64,000 nt of DNA from Azolla caroliniana (taxonomy: Eukaryota; Plantae; Polypodiophyta): NCBI GenBank assembly GCA_043228905.1, contig JBHGNT010000009.1, positions 17,422,001-17,486,000 of the forward strand, written 5' to 3'. Under the pieces are notes generated by a model. That model saw only the letters and a list, made by a program, of their open reading frames with translations. It had not been told where the DNA came from and made no database searches. Below, in pieces: positions 1 to 13,000 of the stretch (position 1 is its first letter; every line of letters starts with the position of its first letter). The position numbers were made by a program, and so were the translations under genes.

Positions 1-129
1 ATAGGCATAATTAGTGTCGGGTTCATTTATGAGCATTCAAGTATTGATGGTACTTGCGTCAGCCCACTTGTTAAGGCTCGTATAAAAAGAGCACAGTGTA
101 TGTACAGAGTGTTCATTATTTGAAATTGA

Positions 130-567
130 TGTTAATCCTTAGAGCCGAACAATGGCCTAACATAGGGTGTCTCCGGAAGACACTTCACCAAATGGGTGTT
201 ACGGCGAGATAACTTAAGACACAACGATTAATCCGACTTAATTGGCTACTTAGCAATAGGGGATTCACTTAATACAGGCGTAAGATATAACAATTAACAC
301 AGAACGGTAATCAATACGTGAAGATAAAACAAGAAGCTTATATTAATTCTCCGTTAAAGTTTTACATTGCAACCGGGCCTTTATATAGGTCACCGGTGCT
401 GCGTACAAACGGTGCCAACCGGCACTTGTTCGGAACCGGTCTGGATCCGGATCGGCACACCGATTCCGATCCGTCCGTTCACCACATAATTATAATCTAT
501 TAAAATATATTCTGAATAACCATCCCTTTCACATTCTGGTCTTTACTCCTTTGTCGGCCGGGTAACA
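130..567 (-). repeat. 3' LTR of the Athila-like element
   Basis: Near-identical to 9595-10033. TATA-like CTATATAAAG on the minus strand at about 379-388. Confidence 0.95.
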
Positions 568-569
568 CA

Positions 570-610
570 TGGCACGCCCGTGGGACAGTACCTTGTACGT
601 CGAATCCCAC
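570..610 (-). other. tRNA-Arg 3'-end-like sequence (GTGGGATTCGA...GTCCCACGGGCGTGCCA) occupying the PPT position
   Basis: The plus strand reads TGGCACGCCCGTGGGAC starting 2 nt after the LTR end, the form of a tRNA-Arg PBS, but oriented opposite to gag-pol. No purine tract is present here. Confidence 0.7.
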
Positions 611-620
611 TATCCAGCCC

Positions 621-3600
621 TTAGCCTTCGTCCAAGATATCTAGAATACTTTGCTCTAGGGTATCCAATGGTTGTTCGGAACTCTGTTGTTGTTGTTGTT
701 GTTGCTGCTCCGGCTCCTTCGACTGTTGCTCCTTAGATGGCGTCTGTTTGGCTCCCGGTACCGGCGGTTGTGGCGGTGATTCCTCCGTTAGCTGCTCCGC
801 CGGATGTGACTCCGGTTGACTTGCCCCAGCCTTGTCTCCGTCCGGTCCTTGCTTCGATGATGGCTCCTCATCGCTAAGGTTGACGGTCGCCGCCTGCTTT
901 GCTTCTTCTCTCCGTAGCCTGGTCCGCTGATAGCTCTCAAACTGGATTTGAGCATCCAGCCGATCATCGTCTAGCTGTGCTACCAGTTTCCGGACCACTG
1001 CTGACTGTTCTTCCGCCAGAGTTATAAACTCTTCGGCTAGCTCATCTCTTACGGCGGTGAAGTCCTCCTTTGTTAGCATGTAGCAATCGTCGCCATCCTT
1101 CTGCCGGTTTTCCGCGTCCACCATTAGCAACTGAAGCTCGGTTGTGTGCTTTGCCCATTTGTCCCACCATTGCGCGGAGCTCTCATCAATCAAGCGTTTG
1201 GTCTTGTTTCTCCAAGCGGAAACTCTTCGGCTAGCTCATCTCTTACGGCGGTGAAGTCCTCCTTTGTTAGCATGTAGCAATCGTCGCCATCCTTCTGCCG
1301 GTTTTCCGCGTCCACCATTAGCAACCGAAGCTCGGTTGTGTGCTTTGCCCATTTGTCCCACCATTGCGCGGAGCTCTCATCAATCAAGCGTTTGGTCTTG
1401 TTTCTCCAAGCCTGGACAATGAACTGGATCCGCTCCAATCCCATCTTCGATTTATCCTCCGCGGCTTGCCGTTCGTCCTTCAACTGCTTGATCAGTGCCA
1501 CCGTATCCACCTCCTGCTCTCGGTAATGTGACAATTCGGTTTGATAGGTATTTTGCAGCCTTTGCAATACCATTGTCGCTCTTTCCTTCTCTTCATAATG
1601 CTGCTTATGGAGCTCCATCCGTTCTTGCGCGGCTTCCTCCAGCAGCGTGGTTCTTTCAGCCCGTTCCTCCGCCAGCACCGTCTCAACTCGATGCACCTCC
1701 TGCCGGAGCTCTGCCATCTTCTCCTGCTATTTCTTATGCTCCGTATCCAGGTGCTTGTAGTCCCGGTGCAAGTGCTCAAAATCATCGGTCTTCTGCTTCA
1801 GCTTTTGGTTGAGTTACCAGTGAGCGCGGTCTTCCCGATCCTTCTGTTGACGGAGTTCTTCTTTCAGTCTTTCGATCTCTGTTTTCGCCATCCGTCGCAG
1901 CTTCTCCTTTTCTTGCAGCGCCTTCTCTTTCTCCTCCTTCAGCCGGTCATAGGCCTGATGTCCTTTCCGCAGATTCTCTTTTGCCCGACGGAGGTTCTCA
2001 GCAGTCTTTTGTTGCTCTTCTTCTGCCGCTTTCTTCAAGTCCCGCTCTCGGGTGTGTAATGCTTCTTGTGCGGCCAATTCATCTCTCAATTCAACAAGCT
2101 CTTTTGCTTGCGTCGCCACTATCTCCGAGACTGGTTCCGTCTCCGGGGTCTTATTGCTATGTACAGGTGCTGGTGTTTCTTTATTCTATACATCTACCGG
2201 AGTCACCAGTGCTTGGATCTGTGGTCCGGTTAAGGCCATTTTGGCCAATTCCTCTGTAGCCAGGTCCAAGTCTTGTTCTAAGCTCCGGATCCTTGACCGG
2301 GCCATCTCTAGTTCTCCGGTTGTGACGAGCAACCGGTCCACCTGCGCTTTCTCTTCCGCCTCTATGTAGTGTACCACTCCGGCAATCTGTTCTCCAATCC
2401 ACCGAAGCCATTGGCTGCCGGTGCCCTGTTGTTGCATTTGCCCGGAGGGTTGGCTGTTGGTGTCGCTGGCCAGTGGTCGGTTTTGTCCGGTTGCGTCGAG
2501 CTGCAACTCTGGCTCTTGTTGGAGACCACTTTGCTGTTCTGGTTGCGGCTCCGTTGGCCGCTCCGCCTCTGAATGCTCTTGGCCTGCCGGTGGGGTAGGT
2601 AACTGTACTTCCGGCGCTTGCATTTAGGGTCTTGCCGTATTCTGACCCGCCGGTAGAGGTTGTTGTGCAGGGAACTCTGTGACCGGTTCTATCCGAACCG
2701 GTTCCAGTTCCATCCTTGGTGCGGGCTGCTCAGTGCGGGGTACAGGCGTTCCATCCTTCTGTGGGTCCGAACACTCCCCGGTCTGTTTGGAGGTGCTTGC
2801 CTTCTGGCACCACTAGAGGTGCTCTAACGGTTCCTCCTCCGCTTCCTCCTCCTGAGTCCCGATGTCGATTTTCGCTGCCAAGGGGTCTTGCACTTGTTGA
2901 ACCGGTCGGGTAAGCCTGATCTTGATTGGCTGTACCAGTGGCTCCTCCTGCGTTTCCGCCTGCCGCTTCCTATTGGCACGCTCCTTTGCCGCCTGGTCCG
3001 TGTCGGATGCCTTCCCTTTGGTTGCCTTAGAAGCCAACAGCTACTGCCGTTTCGAGGTGCCTTCGGTTGTTCTTCCCCGCTTCGTGGTCTTGATGGGCTT
3101 GATAGGTGGCGCCAATAGGGTGAGCCATTGCACCACTGCCGTCCATATCTTCCGACCCTCCTTGCCTCTGACAAAGTCGATGGCCGCACAGAGGCCATCC
3201 GCAATCAATACCGCCCAATCCACCTTCACGCCTTCATATGTGGCTATGATTAAGCCGGCCCGGTTCTGGGGCATGCACGGGGGTCGAGGGTATACATGTC
3301 CAAATTCATGGAGCACACGGGCAATCTCTCGAAAGAGTGGATCTTCACCGCCCTGTGTCCGGTAGGCTTTGCTGGCCAGAGAGTATTCCCCAAAATATTT
3401 TCGGAGTTGCTCCGGGGTAGGGTTGTCGATGGTGAAGATGCCCCCCTCCGGAAGGCCAATCAATGCATGGATGGCCTCCTCTGTGATCAACTCCGTGTCG
3501 ATTTCTTTGACTATTTTCTCCGCCTCCCGATGCAGTGGCGCCTCCATGATTGTGAGGAAACCTTCTAACCCGTGCTGCCTTAGCCACTTCTTGGCTGCTT

Positions 3601-3781
3601 TAGAGAGTGCTTGGTAGTCCATGGCTTCGTCGAGGTTGGGGAGAGCTGGTGAGGGTTGTGTGTGAGGAGTCTCTGTGTGCGTGGGCTCGCGTCTGCTGAT
3701 CTTCAATCGTCTGTCTGCGTTTGTGCTCCTCTGTTCGCGAAATGTGAGGGTTTCTATGTGGCGGGGGTTTTCTTGTTGCAT
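621..3781 (-). pseudogene. Extra 3' ORF of the Athila-like element, frameshifted, about 1000 codons: globular N-terminal domain, Pro/Gln-rich linker, long coiled coil
   Basis: Consecutive minus-strand ORFs 3041-3781, 2813-3037, 2186-2623, 1814-2119, 1190-1717 and 621-1193 lie between integrase and the 3' LTR. E/K/Q/R-rich heptad-like composition. Confidence 0.75.
1026..1411. repeat. Tandem duplication, 2 x about 192 bp (period 194)
   Basis: 1026-1217 is repeated at 1220-1411. The peptide IDESSAQWWDKWAKH... appears in two different frames. Confidence 0.9.
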
Positions 3782-3810
3782 GTTGGCGCCTGTTTTTTTT
3801 TCCTTACCCG

Positions 3811-4100
3811 TGCGTGTGCACGTCGTGTACTAAAATAGAATGTCGTGCCATGTGGCGGTGGTTTAATACCCTATTAATAGCCCACTACGTACCTTTTCAA
3901 AGTGCCTGTTCACTCCTTGTTCTTGCATGTGTCCGTTCACCCCTCACCCTTGCATGCGTGTGCACGTCGTGTACTAAAATAGAATGTCGTGCCATGTGGC
4001 GGTGGTTTAATACCCTATTAATAGCCCACTACGTACCTTTTCAAAGTGCTTGTTCACTCCTTGTTCTTGCATGTGTCCGTTCACCCCTCACCCTTGCATG
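3811..4100. repeat. Tandem duplication, 2 x 144 bp, between pol and the extra ORF
   Basis: TGCGTGTGCACGTCGTGTACTAAAATAGAA occurs at 3811 and again at 3955. Confidence 0.9.
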
Positions 4101-4154
4101 ATTTACTTTGATTTTATTTATTTTTATTTTATTTATTTGATAAAAATGGTTTTG

Positions 4155-7100
4155 TTAATTCGCATCCGGTCCCATTGGACCCCTATCCGGATTGTGGTCC
4201 TTGCCGGCCGCTGGACTGCTTGCCGTTGCGTCATTGTTGTCGTTTTCCGGCTCGTGCTCCCTCTTACCGGCTTCACGCTTGCCGATTGCTAAACATGTTG
4301 CCGTCTCTTCCGACTTACTGGTGTCTGGTTCTGTGTCGCCCTTTACTTGTTCAAATGGGTTTCTTGGCATGGGTCCATTGTATGGTTTGAGTCGGAACCC
4401 ATTGACCCATTTTCCCAGAACCTTGCCGACGAGTATCCCTAATTGGTAGGAGCCATTGAACTCCCGTGTAATCCAATATGGTCCGGTCCACCGAAACTGT
4501 AGCTTTCTCGGCATCTTACCCATCCGGGTTTTGAACACGAGTACCGGCTTACCGATTCCGAACATCTTTTCGTTCCCTTTTCGGTGACGATCCACGAACG
4601 CTTTCCTTCGCCATTGCTCTAGTTCTAGGTGCATGATGCTGGCTAGCCGATGTTCTTCCAATTCGCATAGCGCGTTTAACCGGATAGCTTCCGATTCCTT
4701 CTCATTTAGGCGTTCCCGAATCTGTATTCGTAAACTCGGTAGCTGGAACTCTACCCGCATGACTGCTTCCAATCCGAATGCTAGGCGGAACGGTGTTGTG
4801 TGGATACTTGTCTTATATGTCGTTCAGTAGGCCCAGAGTGCACTATGCAACTTTGTATCCCAATCCGTCTGGTTCTCATTGACGATTTTTCACAGGATAT
4901 TCTGTAGTGTTTTATTTGTTGACTCTGCTAATCCGTTGGCTTGCGGATAATAGGGAGTTCTCCGTTTGTGCACCACCGCATAAAATGTCGTCAAACTTTC
5001 CACTACTTTCCCTAAGAAGTGCCCACCTTGGTCACTTATGAGCTCTATTGGACATCCATACCGGCACCAGATGCATTCATATAAAAAATTTGTCGTGGAT
5101 GCCGCGGTGTTGTCGCGTAGTGCTTTCGCTTCCACCCATTTCGTGCAGTAATCCGTAGCGACGATCACGTACCGATTTTCGGTTCTCATTGCCGGTGGTT
5201 TGAATGGACCGACAAAATCTAGCCCCCATTTTTGAAATGGTTCTAACGGTAGCACAGGCTGGTGAGGCATTTTGGCTTGTTCGGTTGGTTGGCCCATTCG
5301 TTGACATAGGTCGCATTCTTTAGCGTAACGGATTGCATCCTCTAATGTTGTCGGCCACCATAGTCCACTTTGCCATATTTTCCTTGCCGTAGCGTCTCCG
5401 GCATAATGCCCTCCAGCCATGCCGCAGTGTGCTTCGCGTAATATTACTTCCTTTTCGTCGCTGCGCACTGCACCCCGCCATATGCCATCTGCGCCTTTGT
5501 GGTACAGTGTGTCTTGTAATAGGCAGAAGTGCCGGTTTTGAACCGTTAAGCGTTTCCTTTCATCTCTGTTCATCTCCTCTGGAGGTAAGCCGATGCTCAA
5601 AAATTGGTGCATGTTGGTGAGCCACTTGTCTTACTCTGCGACCGTACTATCTGATGCCGTTTCTGCTGTGACTCTAAACAGCTCTGCAACCGGAAGGTCG
5701 TCTGGGACGCCGTCACCGGTTTCGCCGGAATCTAACCGGCTTAAATAGTCTGCTACCGCATGTTGTATGCCGGGTCGGTGGAATATCTCGAACTCGAATT
5801 CCTGTAATAGTAACGTCCACCGGGCCAGCTTACCGGTGAGTGATGCTTTGGACACCAAGTAGAGGAGCGTCGAATGATCTACGTGAAAGGAAAATTTCCT
5901 TCCCAACAGATAGTGTCTAAACTTGGTGACACTGTAGATCATACCCAAAGCCTCCCTTTCCGTCATGGAATAATTACGTTCCGCGTGGGAAAGCTTCCGG
6001 CTGGCATAATAGACTGGCCGGTACCATTTCGGTTCTGTAAGTTGCATCAACGCGCTTCCAATTGCGATGCCGGACGCATCAACGAACACATGGAACTCTT
6101 TAGACTAATCTGGAGGTTTCACCACCGGCGCTTGTGACAACAGTACTTTTAGTGCCCGGTAAGCCTAGTCTTCTATGTCCGTCCATCGGACCGGTGTTCG
6201 ATGTACCGCGGCATGCAGTGGTGTAGCCAGGTCTGCCAAATACCGGAGCATTTGGCTATGCCACCGAATTTGTCCTAAGAACCGGCTTACTGCCTTTGCC
6301 GTGGCTGGTGCTGGTGCCTCCAGGATTGCTTTTACTTTGTCCGGATCCACTACGATACCATCCTTGCTCACTCTGTGGCCCAGTAATGCTCCGCTGGTTA
6401 CTCCGAACACGCATTTTTCCTGGTTCAGGCTTAGTCGGTAACCCCTACATTTCTCCAGACATAGTCGGAGGTGCTGAACGTGATCCCCTTTCTGGCTATA
6501 AATAGCTAAGTCGTCCAAGAACACCTGCATGAATGCCGAAATGAATTCTCCGAAAATCTCCATGATGATCCGCTGGAAGGTTGTCGGCGCCGTTTTCAGT
6601 CTGAACATCATCACTATGGCAACAAAGACTCGCCATTCGGTGACAAAAGCGGTTTTCTCCTGGTCGGCGGGATGCATCCGGATCTGATTATAGCCGCTGA
6701 AACCATCCAGAAAACTGTACACCTCATGACCGGTGACCGCATCCAGGACTCCGTCCGTGAATGGAAGCGGGAAGCCGTCCGTTACCGTAGCCGCATTCAA
6801 TTTTCGGTAGTCGACGCACACTCTTATTTTACCGTTCTTTTTGGGTACTATGACTATCGGGGTGGGCCATGTGGCTTTCTTTACCGGTCGGATGAAGCCC
6901 ACTCTTAGCAACTTGTCGATTTCTTCTTTGACTTTTGCTGCGTAATTCGGGTTCATCCGGTAACACCGTTGCGCTACCGGTTTGGCGTCTTTACTCAGAT
7001 GTATCTGGTGTTGATACAACGGAGGATCGAGTCCCCGCATGTCCTCGTAGTATGTATAGTGATACTGCTTCGGCTACATCAATCTCGAACAGAGGTACGA

Positions 7101-7958
7101 TCTTCGGATTTTCCTATAAGTATTGATCGACCTCTTCGTCCACCAATCCTTCTAGCATGTTGATACATTCCGCATATAGCGGCGTTGATTCCTCGCTTGT
7201 ACCGAATCGTGGTTGAGTCGGTACTCGTACTTTCGTTTTTCCACGCCGGAACGTAATTATATTCTTCCTCCAGTTTTGCTTTATGTGTGTTGTTTTTAAC
7301 CAAGGGCGTCCCAACAATAATGGGTAAGCTCCCTAAGCCTATAGCTGGAGAACAACTGCGGAAATGCGAAATGTGTGACCCCCGATGGTCACTTCCAGAT
7401 CACGTATTAATCCGGTCGGCTGTACTGAGCTTGTGTCCACCATCCGAAGCCAAAACGGGACGGTTCCCAATCCTGGATTCCTAGAGTGTTACACGTTCGG
7501 AGGCTGATCACGTTCACGCCGGATCCTCCATCGATAATCGTGCCCGGTAGCTCGTTTCCTTTCACGATGGCTGTGATTGCCGGACTGCTCGTGTCCACCA
7601 CTGCCGGTCCTTCATCCGGATTTGAAAAGAATGTCAGGGCCGGTGGTGTTTCAGCTGTTGTCCTTCCTGTCTTTAGTCCTTCTGTGAAGCGTGGTACCAG
7701 TTGCAATAGCCGTCCTAACGGTAGCGTTATTTGGCATTCTTGTAACGCTTGCCATGTTGGGTTTTTGGGTTGCCTTGGGCCGGTGAGCTCTTCGGCATTC
7801 TCCTTTTGTTGTTCGAGCTCTGCCGCATTCCGCTCATTTGCCTTCTTCACCCATTCTGTTGCGTACTTCCAGATGACTTCTTGAGTTTCCCACTCCATGC
7901 TTTTGCCTTTTGATCTTGTAGTGACTTGTTGTATGTCTACGACTTCCGCGTCTACCAT
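4155..7958 (-). pseudogene. pol: Gypsy pol (protease, RT, RNase H, integrase), disrupted
   Basis: IIDGGSGVN (PR); VCVDYRKLN and FLDDL (RT); FVDASGIAIG...ADYLSR (RH); H..GH..C..C, WGLDFVGPF, SDQG, GLAE (INT); RWTGPY. Several stops and frameshifts. Confidence 0.93.
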
Positions 7959-8019
7959 GAAATTCTTTTTGTTTCGGTAACCTTGACGGTGTTGGTCGTC
8001 ATACTTACCATAGTCGTCC

Positions 8020-9540
8020 CTTCAGTGGTTGTAACCAGGGGAGTGATCTCGGTTGTATCTCTCGTACCGTCCATTATAGTCCCGGTATCTATCCTGTCTA
8101 TCATACCGGTCATAAGCGTCTCTTCGATCGTTGTACCAGACATCTTGTGTCGGTCGGTAGCGCTCCTCTCGCCACCAGCGTTCTTCTTCTTCCTCCTGGT
8201 TGCTCCGTGGTTCGATTTGCCAGACCGGTTGTGCTTGCCAATTTAACAAGTTATACTCACACCGTTCCATTGTGTGACTTCTGGAGTGGTAGAGCAAGCA
8301 TTGGGAATGCATGGTGCATTCCAGCACCGAATGTCCAGCATTCAGGCATGTCGTACATTGAACTGCTTGCCGGAAATGGAGGTCCTCTTCTGTTGGTAGT
8401 GCACACTAAAGTGCGCCCATGGTTAGCCATGAACTTGAGGTTTCCATTTCCCGAACTCTGTCGATCACTTGATCTATGCTGCTGGTGCGGAAATCAATAA
8501 CGGTGCACACCGTACGTAAGGGTTCCCGGAGGAATGCTAAGAATATGGCCTTTGTTTCTTCCTCTAGTGGTGTCCAGCTTAGCTGACTGTGGATCCGCTG
8601 GAACCGGATGACAAACTGTTGAATGTTCTCCGTTGGTTCCTGCCGGATATTGTAAAATAAGCCTACCATTTCCCGCTGGTCCATCTCCTTGTGAAAGAAA
8701 TGCAAAATTTTTGTCTTTAATGTTTCGAACGTGGGGATGGTGCTGGGATCTTGTGTTCAGTGCCATTTGGCGGCCGGTCCCACCAAGGTCATGCCGAACT
8801 CTGCCCTTTTTGAGCGTTCCTCTTCGGCTGCATTTAAGCGTTGGGACACATGGTTCGCCTCCCAAGTCTGCTGAAACGCATGGAGGTGAGCTTCCACGTC
8901 CGGATCATCCCGGTATCTGGGATATTGGAACGACATATCATCGTCTGGTGTCGGTACACGGGCTGGTGGTGTCGGTGGTCGTTCCTCTTTTGGTGTCAGA
9001 GGTTTTTTCGGGTCTTCTGTCACCGTCGGAGGTCTTTCCTGCTCCTCTTTCGGTGTTAGAGGTTTCTCCTCCTGGACTTCCGGTGTCGGAGGTCTCTCGT
9101 CCTCGACTTCTGGTTCTGGAGTGTGGTCAACTTCCGGTATTGGAGTTTCCAGCCTAGTCAATTCTGGTTCCGGTGTCGGCAAGGTATCTGCCTCCTCGTC
9201 CTCTGGTCCGCCTGGGGTGTCGTTACTATTGCAGTAGTTCGTCTGTGCGTTGTATTCCCCGTCCAAACCCGATTCAAATGCCGAAAATGCTTCGGATTCG
9301 CCTTCCCCCGCTGCCAATGCTTGGAGAAGGGATTCTGCTTCCCGGAGGCTGCTTCCTTCGTCCGGGTAGGCGTTTTGTGGTAACCGAAGTGATTCCTTGG
9401 CCACTCTTCAGATCACCTTGGAAAATGAGCGATCCGCTCTAATTTCTTCTGCTACTTGCTCGAAAGCCTCTCGCTTCCTCAACCGTTCAACGAGTCTCCT
9501 TGCTCGCTCCGTAACCAGGTCGTTCGTTGGTCGCGTCATC
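8020..9540 (-). pseudogene. gag: Gypsy gag with TP/E-rich region and zinc knuckles, disrupted
   Basis: ORFs 8757-9404 and 8406-8705 (retrotransposon gag-like ...IRQEPTENIQQFVIRF), plus a CTTCLNAGHSVLEC knuckle near 8320-8365. Confidence 0.8.
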
Positions 9541-9594
9541 CATTCCCGCCAATGTTTGCTGCGATTGTGCAGGAATCATGGTCGCCAAAAACTG

Positions 9595-10033
9595 TGTTAA
9601 TCCTTAGGGCCGGACAATGGCCTAACACAGGGTGTCTCCGGAAGACACTTCACCAAAGGGGTGTTACGGCGAGATAACTTAAGACACAACGATTAATCCG
9701 ACTTAATTGGCTACTTAGCGATACGGGATTCACTTAATACACGCGTAAGATATAACAATTAACACAGAACGGTAATCAATACGTGAAGATAAAACAAGAA
9801 GCTTATATTAATTCTCTGTTAAAGTTTTATATTGTAATCGGGCCTTTATATAGGTCACCGGTGCTGCGTACAAAATGGTGCCAACCGGCACCTGTTCGGA
9901 ACCGGTCCAGATCTGGATCAGCATACCGATTCCGGTCCGTCAGTTCACTACATAATTATAATCTATTAAAATATATTCCGAATAACCATCTCTTTCACAT
10001 TCTGGTCTTTACTCCTTTGCCGGCCGGGTAACA
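9595..10033 (-). repeat. 5' LTR of the Athila-like element, followed by putative PBS TGGCGACCA (9579-9587, minus)
   Basis: LTR match to 130-567. The minus strand after the LTR reads CAGTTTTTGGCGACCATG, similar to a tRNA-Arg 3'-end complement (short match). Confidence 0.9.
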
Positions 10034-13000
10034 ATTGAAGTGTTGTTGTCTACTCTCTCTGTCTCTCTCATTGTGTATCCATTCTCTATGTTTACCTAGC
10101 TGTCGAGTTATGAACAACCAATTGTGTACTCTATGTTTCTCACGCACGAATCCTTTTTCATGGTATCAGAGCGTGAGGGTTAAAAATCCTCTGCATCCAA
10201 CAGAAAAGCAAGCAAACAAGACAAAGACAAGGTTTTTTGTTTTTGGAAAAGAAAAGACAGGAACATGGACAGAGAAATGGGAAGCTCGCGTCCGACTAAA
10301 AAGCTCGATAGGAGCAATGACGCACCTTGGTCGCACAAGATGCACCAATACCTGCTCGGGCACTGTTATTGGAGTTATGTTGAAGGAGCTAATGAAGCAG
10401 CACCAGAGTCGACACCCAAAGATTTCCCGGCCTGGGAACAAGCAGCAAGCAGAGTTCTCTACTACTATGCATCTTGGGTGAGCGATCAACTTTTGAGCTA
10501 CATTAGGGACGCCAAGATGCCAAAGGATGCGTGGGCGAATCTCATACGGATTTTCGTTGCCAACACAATGGTCAGGAAGCTGCAGCTTAGGTAGGAGCTC
10601 AGCAATATCCAACAGAAAGATCTGTCAATGGCCGATTATACAGGCCGAATCAAGGAGATATGCGACTCCCTCGTCTCCATCAATGTGATTGTCGAGGAGC
10701 ACGAAATAGTGCAGGTTTGTCTCGGAGGGTTGACGTCAAAGTTCAGAGCATTCTGAATGGTGGTCTGCACGAGGGAGAATACTCCTTCGTTTTTTGAGCT
10801 ACAATCGATGTTGCTCATAGAAGAAAACCACTCGATTGCGTCGATGAGTACAAACACAAATAGCAAGATGTTTTACATGGAGGTGGATCGGCCCTGTGGT
10901 CGTGGTGGTCGAGGTGGGTCAGCGCGTAATGGAAGCGGCCGACAAGAGCAAGACTCGAGGCATAATCGAAATACCGACAACAGTTCCAGACCCTCCAAGA
11001 GTAGGGGAGTCAAGGTGGCGCCGGAGGTCGACAAGGAAAGGCCGCGATGGACTATTGGTATTGTGGCTGGAAGGGCCACACAGAGAGCAAGCCGGTTCGG
11101 ACAAAATCTGATTGAGTTGAGGGGACGCAGATAGGCGTCAAAGATCGCACTACGCCGAAGGCTCAAGGCAAGCCGAAACGGGCCCAACCTTCGTCATGAA
11201 GCACAAAGCCAACTTGATGGTGGTCAACACCTCAGGGTCCAACAAGGTGTGGTATGTGGATTCAGGCTCATCGAACCATATGATGAATCACAAGGAGTGG
11301 TTCTCGACTCTGGAGAAGCCGGAGCAGCTGGGGGTTGTTGAAACTGGCAATGACACCCCTCACATCTTCGAACATATCAGAGATGTTCCCTTGATCCATG
11401 TGGGCCAGAAGGGAATCATGAGTAACATGTGCCGACAATCACCAAGGTGTTAGTTGGAAAAATTGTCGACCAAGGCATGCAAGTTCGATTTACTCATCTC
11501 AGGTGCTTCATTGAAGAGGAAGGCAAGATCATTGTGCAAGGGCACCAGAGGGAGGATGTTCATCCTCGAAACTAATGACATCGAGACCACTATGTTTGCA
11601 AAAAGGCAAAAAGTCAAATCGGATATTGACTTGTGGCATAGGCGGTTTGGCCACGTCAACTTCCTGCAGCTTCGGGAAATGTAGACAAAGAACATCGTTT
11701 TCGGCTTGCCAAAATTTAGTGGTTGAAATGGCCAAGTCTACAAAGCCTACCAATTATGCAAGCATCACCGACTTATGTTCCCAAATGAAAGAAATCGAAG
11801 CCGAAACAAGCTTGATTTAATCCATTCGAATGTATGGGGACTGATGCAAAATGTGAGTATTGGTGGAAGTCGTTAGTTTTGTAACCTTCATCAATGACTA
11901 CACTCGACACACTTTGGTGTGCTTGATCGAGAAGAAAAGTGAAGTCTTCTCTTGCTTCTTGAAGGTGAAAAGTCTTCCCGAACAAGAGATTAGTCGAAAG
12001 ATCAAGTGCCTAAGGTCTGATAGTGGAAAAGAGTATTTTTCTGACCAGTTCTCTAGCTATCTGCAAAAGGAAGGAATTCGACATGAATTTACGTGCAGAT
12101 ACACACCGGAGTAGAATGGTGTGGCTGAGTGAAAGAATCGGACGGTAGAAGAAGCGGCTAGGGCAATGCTTGAGGAGAAGCATATGCCAAAGTTTTATTG
12201 GGCCGAAGCGGTCCGAACAGCCGTATAGCTACAGAATCAGACTTCTGCAAATGGAGGAGTGTCGCCACATGAGCCGTATTTCAGGAAGAAGCTGAACTTG
12301 GCACACTTGAGGGTATTTGGTAGCATTGCATATGTGCATGTGCCAAAGGAAAAGTGGAGGAAGTTAGATGCGAAAGTCGAGCAATGTATCTTGGTCGACT
12401 ACTCGGATGAGCAAAAGGGTTATAAATGTTATAACCCTCGAACAAAAGAGGTTCGAGTCAGCCGAGATGTTATGTTCGACGAATCAGCTTTGTGGTACCT
12501 ACCCTCCTCTCCAACCCCCATCAACTCCATTCCGAATTCTAAGGATGAGGCCAGTGAGGCTGAGATGCCCTTGGATGAAGAGGAAATCGAAACTATAGAT
12601 GAGAGTCTAATCTTGTTTCGGCAAAGTGGGCTGAATGAGTCGTAAGGACCAGTTAGATGAAGAGTCGGCGAGTAGTGGAGACTCGGTCGTGCAGTCCCTG
12701 TGCCAGAAACCGAGGAGACGGTTTACGCGCAAGGAGAAGGGGAAGATAAAGATGTCAAAATATGACAATGAGTCCAATACATCGGATCAAAGAGAATTCG
12801 ATGTGTCCAGGAGCAAAGAGGGACCTCCAAACATGAGGTCAAAGTCGGCCGAACGGGCCACGAAATTGGCGAACCGAAAGCTGCGTTGATCCACCCACTA
12901 GAACAGTCGGTATGGGTACAATGAGTATACCCACCTGGTGTATACTTGGTCAACCACAATAAGGCCCAATTGGTGGCCAAGGGCTATGCGCAAAAACACA

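Larger units (their letters stand above)
130..10033 (-). mobile_element. Full-length Ty3/Gypsy (non-chromovirus, Athila-like) LTR retrotransposon with an extra 3' ORF
   Basis: Direct LTRs at 130-567 and 9595-10033 (TG...CA), with a perfect 5-bp TSD ATTGA at 125-129 and 10034-10038. Minus-strand order gag-PR-RT-RH-INT. No chromodomain and no second (archaeal-type) RNase H seen. Inserted into the Copia-1 5' LTR; the empty site is visible at about 17745-17760. Confidence 0.95.

Noticed and set aside
621-3781. Envelope gene / endogenous retrovirus
   Set aside because: No signal peptide or transmembrane stretch is visible on the coding strand; hydrophobic ORFs occur only as antisense shadows of the coiled coil.
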